Below, one piece after another: positions 44,283 through 51,059 of a stretch of 64,000 bases of DNA. The stretch is from IMG/VR virus record IMGVR_UViG_3300025885_000002, positions 4,801 to 68,800 of that record; one strand, 5' to 3'. The notes beneath the pieces were generated by a model. That model was not told where the DNA came from. It saw nothing but the letters and a program-made list of their open reading frames with translations, and did no database searches. Made by a program: the position numbers and the translations under genes. This DNA comes from a virus (taxonomy: Duplodnaviria > Caudoviricetes). Position 1 is the stretch's first letter. Each line of letters starts with the position of its first letter.

Positions 44283-45089
44283 ATGGCAAGAATCACGGTG
44301 ACGATACAGGGCTCTCCGCAGGATAATGGACGCGTTCGCTTGTCAGACTTTATCAAGCAGCTTGAAGCCGTAAAATCCTCTCTCAGGCAAACTGAGCGTC
44401 TCGTCGCTGAGCACGCCGACCCTGCACTCCACTATCACATAGTGGAGCTCACATATTCGAGTCCGGCGACGGTTGTCATTGAGCCAGTAGCCATTTCCCC
44501 GCAGGCCGTTGGTCTGGGTGCTAAGACAGTCAAGCAATATGTCACCAATTTACGCCAAGTGGCCCGTGGCCGCCGGCCCACCCATGCTGATCTGCCCGCG
44601 CTCCAGTCCTATCAAAGCCTGACCTCGATGCTCAAGCAACATGTCGGGAAGGTCACGATCAAGGATGCTCGGACGAAGCCGGTTGTTATTGATAACAAGT
44701 TCACCAGCAGGATAGCGAAGATCATCGGGCCCGACGAGTTAGCAGAGGGCTCGATGTGTGGCACTTTGGAGTGGCTGAACATTCATCGCAACATAAACTG
44801 CTTTCATATCTACCCGACGGTTGGCCCTGATAGGATTGACTGTTATTTCGGGAGTGACCTCAAGCCGCAGGTGATTTCCGCTGTGGATAAGTATGTCGAG
44901 GTATCCGGAACACTTCGATATAAGCATCTAGAAAAGTTTGCTTACGCGATGAACGTGTCGCGAATCGAGCCGTTGCCACCGGAGAGTGAATTGCCAACGC
45001 TCTTTGATCTTAGGGGGATCGCGCCGAATGCTACAGGCGATCTCTCGGCCGCGGATTTTGTTCGAACATTGCGAGATGAAAGCCGATAA
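44283..45089 (+). CDS. PIN-associated partner protein (N-terminal alpha/beta domain plus C-terminal OB-like domain)
   Basis: 268 aa, GAGGTGG SD, overlaps the PIN start by 14 nt; C-terminal GS..G.LE.LN.H...F.I...VEV.G pattern. Confidence 0.7.
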   Translation: MARITVTIQGSPQDNGRVRLSDFIKQLEAVKSSLRQTERLVAEHADPALHYHIVELTYSSPATVVIEPVAISPQAVGLGAKTVKQYVTNLRQVARGRRPTHADLPALQSYQSLTSMLKQHVGKVTIKDARTKPVVIDNKFTSRIAKIIGPDELAEGSMCGTLEWLNIHRNINCFHIYPTVGPDRIDCYFGSDLKPQVISAVDKYVEVSGTLRYKHLEKFAYAMNVSRIEPLPPESELPTLFDLRGIAPNATGDLSAADFVRTLRDESR

Positions 45090-45654
45090 GGAAATAGTCT
45101 ATTGGGACGCGTGCATTTTCTTGGCGTGGCTCTCGGATGAGTCTTGCGATCCGGGTGTAATGGAAGGGATCGAGGATACCGTCCGTCGCGTAAACGACAA
45201 CGAGGTCGTTTTGGTTACTTCGATTATGACTCAGACTGAGGTATTGGAATCGAGGATGACACCCGAGGCCCAGGCTAAGTTCGAGAATGTCTTTAAGCGG
45301 AAAAATGTCGTTTGGATCAATCACGATACGCGAGTCGGAAGGCTGAGCCATGATATTCGAAGCTACTACGATCAGCGCGCGATCAAGATATCATCTCCTG
45401 ACAGCGTTCACCTTGCGAGTGCATTGCTTTACGATGTAGATGTTTTCTACACCCTCGATGGTAGCGGTAAAAAGAAACGCGGGCATCTGTTACCCCTGGA
45501 CGGCAATGTTGCTGGACGCAAACTAAAAATCGCCAAGCCGTATAAGAGTCAATTGAGCTTGAAACTGGTCCCGATGGACCCTCCGCCAGCCGCTCCGGTC
45601 GAGACCAAAGATCCTCCGGCTACGAAAGAGAGAAAGAAGGGTAAGACTCGATAA
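45076..45654 (+). CDS. PIN-domain (VapC-like) nuclease
   Basis: VYWDACIFL, TSIMTQTEV, PDSVHLASA, FYTLDG acidic catalytic set. Confidence 0.88.
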   Translation: MKADKEIVYWDACIFLAWLSDESCDPGVMEGIEDTVRRVNDNEVVLVTSIMTQTEVLESRMTPEAQAKFENVFKRKNVVWINHDTRVGRLSHDIRSYYDQRAIKISSPDSVHLASALLYDVDVFYTLDGSGKKKRGHLLPLDGNVAGRKLKIAKPYKSQLSLKLVPMDPPPAAPVETKDPPATKERKKGKTR

Positions 45655-45690
45655 TACCGCGGGACCGATCGGAAGGGAGCTCTGCTGCCA

Positions 45691-45861
45691 ATGACGGAAG
45701 AGGAAGCGCGCGTGCTGCAGAAGTGGAAGCGGAGGGCGAAGGCGTTCAAAGACGCTTATCACGAGGCGGAAAATAGAGCGCTCGATCTGGAGCTCGAGCT
45801 CGCACTGAAGACGCAGTCGCTGGAGACCAGAATCGTCGAGCTCGAGGCGAAGCGGAATTGA
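45691..45861 (+). CDS. Small coiled-coil protein (56 aa)
   Basis: Translated by hand: MTEEEARVLQKWKRR...; AAGGGAG SD. Confidence 0.55.
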   Translation: MTEEEARVLQKWKRRAKAFKDAYHEAENRALDLELELALKTQSLETRIVELEAKRN

Positions 45862-45885
45862 AAAAGGGGAGGCTCTCACCTCCCC
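45862..45885 (-). terminator. Intrinsic terminator ending the leftward late transcript
   Basis: GGGGAGG-6 nt-CCTCCCC stem followed by a T-tract on the minus strand; lies between convergent genes. Confidence 0.75.
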
Positions 45886-45932
45886 GCGTTCTCACACAGA
45901 GAACCCCCGTTTTGCGTAGCGGTATTATCTGC

Positions 45933-45989
45933 CTACCTTCCGCCTTGCGTGACAGCTCTCTGAGCTCCGCCTTTCTTTGCAGTTGCCAT
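45933..45989 (-). CDS. 18-aa sORF MATAKKGGAQRAVTQGGR
   Basis: Strong AAAGGAG SD; last ORF before the terminator. Confidence 0.35.
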   Translation of the reverse strand: MATAKKGGAQRAVTQGGR

Positions 45990-46113
45990 AGTGGGTACTT
46001 CTCCTTTCAACAAAATGCGGCCGACAATCCCGGGCCGAGCGGGAATCTGTTAGCCCTTCTTCTTATCGAGTTTGTGCTGTTGCGTTCTCCTGTGTGTGGG
46101 TAGGGTTAACCGA

Positions 46114-46395
46114 TTACGCGAATGGTCCCGGCTCGTCTTCTTCGACCGGATAGGCCAGCACCAAAATATCCCTGACCGGCTCAAGGTAAGGCCGGAGCTT
46201 GCCTCCGCCGTATTTGGTCAACAGAGATGCTATGAGCGGAGCCAGCATCGGCAAGAAGAGATTTTTGAACAACGTTAGGACAGCACTTGAGGTTCCCGGT
46301 GCCGCCGCTGTTATCTTCGGGGCCAGCTTTGCCAGCTTCGGTTCAGCCCTCGCCGCGGCCGCTTCAATCGACGCATGTACTTGATGCTTGCTCAT
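46114..46395 (-). CDS. Small protein with amphipathic/hydrophobic helix
   Basis: 93 aa, AGGAGG SD. Confidence 0.65.
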   Translation of the reverse strand: MSKHQVHASIEAAAARAEPKLAKLAPKITAAAPGTSSAVLTLFKNLFLPMLAPLIASLLTKYGGGKLRPYLEPVRDILVLAYPVEEDEPGPFA

Positions 46396-46706
46396 TTAGA
46401 TCCTCCTAGTTTCTCTATTAGTTGCTCCAGCCTTGCCACTCTTCCCTGGATAGCCTCTGCAAAGCCCCCGCTGTGCGCCTGATCGAGTGCGCTCATTTCC
46501 TTCAACGTTTCTTGAAAGTCGCCCAGGGTGTCCAGGATCTCCGGCATTAGGCTGTCCGAGCCCACATATTGAGAGAACTCCGCGACCATCGCCCCGTCTT
46601 TACTCTCCAGCGGATCACCGCGGGGACGTTGGTGCATCTCGACGGGGATAGGACGATCAGCCGAATGCTTCCTGATCGTCAACGTAATCGGCTTGCCTTT
46701 ACTCAA
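46392..46706 (-). CDS. Hypothetical protein with C-terminal coiled coil
   Basis: 104 aa, overlaps on both sides. Confidence 0.6.
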   Translation of the reverse strand: MSKGKPITLTIRKHSADRPIPVEMHQRPRGDPLESKDGAMVAEFSQYVGSDSLMPEILDTLGDFQETLKEMSALDQAHSGGFAEAIQGRVARLEQLIEKLGGSK

Positions 46707-46930
46707 AACTCTCTCCTGTTGATTGCATTGAATACAGCCTTCACCCGCGCCTGTCGTGCGAGAAAGATGCGGCGTCGCTCCCGGCGCTCACGTCGCCTCT
46801 GTAGCCAGTCAGTGAAGCGAGAGGGTAGATCGGTTAGCAGATTCCAGAGGCTTTCCTTGGCGATCGCCAGAGACGCCACGAGCCACATCCCGATTAGCCC
46901 AAGAATGATGTAGAGGATTACTTCAGCCAT
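46703..46930 (-). CDS. Single-pass membrane protein with Arg-rich tail
   Basis: N-terminal TM, RRRERRERRR. Confidence 0.65.
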   Translation of the reverse strand: MAEVILYIILGLIGMWLVASLAIAKESLWNLLTDLPSRFTDWLQRRRERRERRRIFLARQARVKAVFNAINRREF

Positions 46931-46933
46931 ACA

Positions 46934-47323
46934 TTAGGGCTTAGGCTCGACGGGCGTTACCGTGACATTTACTTCCTGTCCCACCGGATGCTCCAGCACA
47001 TCCTTGATTGCTTCCTCTGCCACCTGTGTGCGCTTCCCGTACTTACTCAGGCTTACAGCAAGCCAGCCGAGAGTCGCCTCAACGTTGTCGTAGAAGCCCC
47101 AGAATGAGCTTTCCGGTTTGATCCATATCGCCAGCCCGTCTCTCCCCCAATGTAACGCCACGCGAGAAAGAGACGCCGCAAATGAGGCCCACACGATCCA
47201 ATCAATCACACGTTCTACATCTATGGTCATTTGTTCCTTGTTCGATGTTGGGAAAATTACCGGGCCGTAGAGAGCGACCCGGATTGGCATACCTTGAAAA
47301 TAAGTTGCGAACTTGTCACGCAA
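46934..47323 (-). CDS. Membrane protein, holin-like
   Basis: Hydrophobic helices with a charged C-terminus; true start may be MTIDVERV. Confidence 0.5.
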   Translation of the reverse strand: MRDKFATYFQGMPIRVALYGPVIFPTSNKEQMTIDVERVIDWIVWASFAASLSRVALHWGRDGLAIWIKPESSFWGFYDNVEATLGWLAVSLSKYGKRTQVAEEAIKDVLEHPVGQEVNVTVTPVEPKP

Positions 47324-47370
47324 TCAGCGTGCTCACCAGCCGAACTTTGGCTCGGTTTATGATGACTGGA

Positions 47371-47661
47371 TTAAGGGGAACAGTTGGAGACCGGCCGACC
47401 GTCATTGATAAGTCTTGAGACCGGCTTGTCGCAGGGATTCGAAGTCGGCTTGACGTGTCCGAGCGCGAGCTCCACGGCCTCCGAGATGGCTCGCAAGTCG
47501 TCGGCAGTCGAAGCGTTGCTGTCGCGCCTGTCGGCGACATCAGCAGCGAGGATTACCTTGATGATCTTGCCGTTGTGCTGGATCTCAACCTGCCGAGTTG
47601 GCACCGTGGTCTGGCCGAACGCGCCGACATAGATGACGAGTAGAATCAGAAAGTGTTTCAT
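47371..47661 (-). CDS. Secreted protein with signal peptide
   Basis: MKHFLILLVIYVGAFG-Q; no lipobox Cys. Confidence 0.65.
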   Translation of the reverse strand: MKHFLILLVIYVGAFGQTTVPTRQVEIQHNGKIIKVILAADVADRRDSNASTADDLRAISEAVELALGHVKPTSNPCDKPVSRLINDGRPVSNCSP

Positions 47662-47843
47662 GGTTCTTCCTGTGGTTGCCTTTTCTCAGGGATAGGCTCA
47701 GACGGGCCAAAGTGTTGGGCGAGGGCAGCCGCGATTTCCACCGTCTCTTCCCGTGTCAGAGTACGGTTGTCCTGCGAGAGATTCCGATACATCCGCCGCC
47801 CTGTCTCTTTTTTTATGATCAAGCAAATAGTCGCCGCGGCCAT
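47658..47843 (-). CDS. Hypothetical protein
   Basis: 61 aa, coupled. Confidence 0.5.
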   Translation of the reverse strand: MAAATICLIIKKETGRRMYRNLSQDNRTLTREETVEIAAALAQHFGPSEPIPEKRQPQEEP

Positions 47844-47850
47844 AGTTTCG

Positions 47851-48039
47851 TCAGATTCCGAAGATTACCCGCAGCCCAATCGAGAAGACCATCAGGCCGA
47901 CACCGAAACCTCTGTCCCATCCCCACGGCTCTCGAAACCAGCCGTAGAAAGTGCTGACAATCCAGAAGGCGGCTCCAGCGATGAAGAGAATCACCGATAT
48001 GTCAGGGACACCGGAAGCACCAGTAAATAGCGTTAACAT
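47851..48039 (-). CDS. Two-TM small membrane protein, holin-like
   Basis: 62 aa with two hydrophobic helices; AAGGAG SD. Confidence 0.6.
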   Translation of the reverse strand: MLTLFTGASGVPDISVILFIAGAAFWIVSTFYGWFREPWGWDRGFGVGLMVFSIGLRVIFGI

Positions 48040-48052
48040 AATGTTTCTCCTT

Positions 48053-48568
48053 TTACCTACGGACTAGGGTTAGTAGCGTAATCCCAATTGCCAGCAGGGT
48101 TCCCAGAGCCCCGATCGTGGCCAGCAAGTAGCCCCACCCAGCAGTAAGCCCACCGCTTCTACCTTGTTGAGCAGCGACGTAGGCAACGACTGGATTTAAC
48201 GTCGCCTCAAGTTCTTTGACTACACTCTTCACATCGTCTTTGGTCGCATACAACAGCCGCTCGCTGTTGATCTGTTCACGCAGTTCATTCATGCTGCGGT
48301 CTTTGTAGTCGCGAATAGTGCGGTCAAGTTCAAGTGCATCCCTGCTTGCTTGCTTCTCAATCTTGAGGGCTTTTTCCTGTTCAAGGTTGGTTTCCGCATA
48401 GCGCCGGTCACTCTCCGCGTAACGACGATCTCGCTCATCGTAGATTCGATCATAGAGAGCCGCTATTTCGCGCCTGTGCTCCTCACGTATTCTGTCCACG
48501 TCCAGGAAGTGTTGGCGAAGCGTGTCGGTCGTCCAAGACGACTCGGATCTTGCTGTTTCACCGCTCAT
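48053..48568 (-). CDS. Coiled-coil protein with C-terminal TM (holin/XhlA-like architecture)
   Basis: Charged coiled coil followed by GWGYLLATIGALGTLLAIGITLLTLVRR. Confidence 0.65.
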   Translation of the reverse strand: MSGETARSESSWTTDTLRQHFLDVDRIREEHRREIAALYDRIYDERDRRYAESDRRYAETNLEQEKALKIEKQASRDALELDRTIRDYKDRSMNELREQINSERLLYATKDDVKSVVKELEATLNPVVAYVAAQQGRSGGLTAGWGYLLATIGALGTLLAIGITLLTLVRR

Positions 48569-48621
48569 TGAAAGGTAGGCGGGGCACCGGACCAAGATCC
48601 GATGTCCCGCTTTGGCGCGGC

Positions 48622-48963
48622 CTAAGTAGTGGGCCGTTCTGGCAGGGTGTCGTCGATCGACTGAAGCTTCGCAGCGATCGCGTTGGCCTTCGCCAGCGAG
48701 TCGGTGACATCGCCGCCGGCCGCGATCTGTGCCGCGAGATCAGCAAGGTGCGCCGCGAGATCATCCCCGAGTTTGGTTATCTCGGTGGAGACCGCGTCAA
48801 GCGCTGCGTTGAGTTCTTCCTTTGTAGCCATAGTACGTTGAACCTCCTTGAGTATTTTTAGAGTGCGGGTTTGTTGGTTAACGATCCTGTCGAGCTTGCA
48901 GAGGTGTGATTGAATCTCGTCAAGTCGTTCGATTACGTGACGTAGAGTGTGCCGCTGTCTCAT
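48622..48963 (-). CDS. Coiled-coil protein with in-frame internal start at 48831
   Basis: ATGA overlap at 48963; AAGGAGG precedes MATKEELN. Confidence 0.6.
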   Translation of the reverse strand: MRQRHTLRHVIERLDEIQSHLCKLDRIVNQQTRTLKILKEVQRTMATKEELNAALDAVSTEITKLGDDLAAHLADLAAQIAAGGDVTDSLAKANAIAAKLQSIDDTLPERPTT

Positions 48964-49094
48964 TTCGGTGCCTTCTTGCGCTGTCGTGTCTTGTTCATTC
49001 GAACGATTGCCGCTGCCTTGTCGAAGGCTTCGATGTCCGGATTCCGTTTCTTTCGCCGCTTGCGCTTGTCGCGTTTGCGACCTCGGTTCTTCAT
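48960..49094 (-). CDS. Highly basic 44-aa peptide
   Basis: Translated by hand: MKNRGRKRDKRKRRKKRNPDIEAF...; abuts both neighbours. Confidence 0.5.
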   Translation of the reverse strand: MKNRGRKRDKRKRRKKRNPDIEAFDKAAAIVRMNKTRQRKKAPK

Positions 49095-49097
49095 CGG

Positions 49098-49472
49098 TTA
49101 GTGGGCAAGGCTTAGCTGGTATTTGCCCAAGAGGTGGGTTGCCGAGAATACCGACGCGGGCGCAGTTTCCGTGAATGCAGCAAGAGCGTTGATCACGCTC
49201 GCCTCGTCGGTGAGCAGCGCCCCGTTGATTTTGTTCACGACGTCCCCGGCGTTGATGCCCAGGGTGCCCAGGAGGTCTGGCGTGTGGATCTTCAATCCTT
49301 GCCCGGAAATCAGCTTCCCGCTGAACCACGAGGCCTTGTCGCCACTGTCGATCAAGAAGGCGTAGTAGCAGGTATCCTGAGCTTGTTCGTCGCAGCTAGT
49401 CTGTTGTGACGTTCCGCCGCAGGCCTGAACATTGGATTCCCACTTTGTGTTGTCTGGTCCGCTGCAAGCCAT
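49098..49472 (-). CDS. Cys-rich N-terminus plus PDZ-like domain
   Basis: GLKI...LLGTLGINAGDVVNKING..L PDZ motif. Confidence 0.65.
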   Translation of the reverse strand: MACSGPDNTKWESNVQACGGTSQQTSCDEQAQDTCYYAFLIDSGDKASWFSGKLISGQGLKIHTPDLLGTLGINAGDVVNKINGALLTDEASVINALAAFTETAPASVFSATHLLGKYQLSLAH

Positions 49473-50236
49473 TAGTCTGGCCTCCTCATTTCTGGGATAT
49501 TGGGCGCGCGCATTGACGAATAGAGGGGAAGCGTCGGCCTTGCGATCATCTCGTCGTCTCGGTTTCGCGCCCCCGGTCCGGGGCCCGGATTTTTTGGAGC
49601 AGGGATCGCCTTTGGCTTCCCCTTCGTACCGCCCTTCGTGGGCACCGTTGTTGGCTTCAAGAGAAGATCCTTCAACTCGGCGATATCCTTTTTCAGTCCC
49701 TCAATTTCCTGTTTCGCTGTCGTCTCGCTTTTCGCCAGTTCCTTATCGACGGGCGTAGGCGTGCGATTGATGTAGACGTTGAAGACCACTGAGAGGAGCA
49801 GCACGAGGGCCCCGCTAATGAGCGGGATCTTCAAACGGAACCAGGTCCCGTCGCGCTTGTCGGTCTTCTTTTCTTCCTTCTCGCGCTGGATCTCGGCTTC
49901 CCGTTCGGCACGCGCTGTCTGCATATGCTCAAGCGTTTGCTCCATACGATCGATGCGCCCGTCCATCTCGTACAGCCCCGGTGCGCCGTTGCCCTCTTTG
50001 ACGTGCTGGAGAGCCAGTCCAAACTCTCGGTGCAAATTGTCGAAGAGCCGCCGCAGCTCCCCGAGCAACTCGGCTTTCTGATTCGCCAGGTCGAGGCGCG
50101 ATGCGAAGCTATCGGTGAGGGCCATCATCAGGCGGTCTTCTCGCTCTTTTTGATCCATCTCGGACTCCCCCAGGTATTCCGCGATCATCGGTCGGAGGTC
50201 GGCAAATACCGACTCTGCAACTGCGCAATGTGTCAT
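49472..50236 (-). CDS. Coiled-coil / TM / coiled-coil membrane protein
   Basis: TM IPLISGALVLLLSVVFNVYI; start re-called at the second ATG by GGAGG spacing. Confidence 0.7.
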   Translation of the reverse strand: MTHCAVAESVFADLRPMIAEYLGESEMDQKEREDRLMMALTDSFASRLDLANQKAELLGELRRLFDNLHREFGLALQHVKEGNGAPGLYEMDGRIDRMEQTLEHMQTARAEREAEIQREKEEKKTDKRDGTWFRLKIPLISGALVLLLSVVFNVYINRTPTPVDKELAKSETTAKQEIEGLKKDIAELKDLLLKPTTVPTKGGTKGKPKAIPAPKNPGPGPGARNRDDEMIARPTLPLYSSMRAPNIPEMRRPD

Positions 50237-50241
50237 TGGTT

Positions 50242-50441
50242 CCATTCCTCCTGCGCCTAAGTTCGTGGTGTGGAAGTCCTACCCACACACTCCGGGGACA
50301 ATTAGAGGAATGGGCGTGACTGGTGGTTGACCTGATTGAGGCGGTCGTGATTTGATCCCAGCCGTCTTTCGCCCCGTGGTCACTACACGTGGCGTCAGAT
50401 GGCCAGTCGTGGAATGCGCAAGTGTTCTGCGGCTGGTCCCC
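50242..50441 (-). promoter_or_regulatory. Structured intergenic leader with anti-SD helix
   Basis: CCATTCCTC/GAGGAATGG 9-bp pairing covers the SD; additional 6-7 bp crossing helices. Confidence 0.45.
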
Positions 50442-50449
50442 TTAAAGCT

Positions 50450-51049
50450 TTATCCGCCGGGCTTCTTACCCATACCGCCGAAGCCCAACGCCATACTGCC
50501 GGCACCTTGCGCCAAGCCGCTGAGTGCTGGAATGAGCCCGCCTTGCTGCTGTTGATAAAACTGAGATAGCCAGCCTTTGAGTGACTGGCTCAGTGCGTCG
50601 AGCTTGAGCCCCTGTTGAGCAATCTTGTTCTGCTGCCCCTGCTGGTAAGTATTCGAGAACGAAGCGTGCAGCTGTGGAATCATAGAACTCATAGCCTGCC
50701 CTTCAGAATCCCGCGCTCGCTCTTCGTTCAACTGCTGGACTCGCTGCGCAAGAATCGGATTGTCAGCACCGAACTTTGCCCCGACTCCCATTCCGGCTTC
50801 ACGCGAACCTTCACGGACACTTGTGGCGTAGGCATCTCGGATCGGCGCGAAGTAGCCAGAGAGAGTAGGATCCGAATCGTATTCGCCGCGATCGAGCGCC
50901 TTCAAACCGCGCTTCGCGCTCTTGGCCGCGTACCCGGTGTTGTTAGGGTTGATGCTGTCCGCGTACTCACCGATCTTGTCAGCTCGTTCCCCAACGCCGC
51001 CGTATGTTTTTGTTTCGGTTCCTCCGAAAAGCTTCGTCCAGATCGACAC
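50450..51049 (-). CDS. Small internal virion / ejection protein
   Basis: Gly/Ala/Gln-rich with an amphipathic Gly-rich C-terminus, downstream of the giant protein. Confidence 0.6.
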   Translation of the reverse strand: MSIWTKLFGGTETKTYGGVGERADKIGEYADSINPNNTGYAAKSAKRGLKALDRGEYDSDPTLSGYFAPIRDAYATSVREGSREAGMGVGAKFGADNPILAQRVQQLNEERARDSEGQAMSSMIPQLHASFSNTYQQGQQNKIAQQGLKLDALSQSLKGWLSQFYQQQQGGLIPALSGLAQGAGSMALGFGGMGKKPGG

Positions 51050-51059
51050 GCCTCACCTC

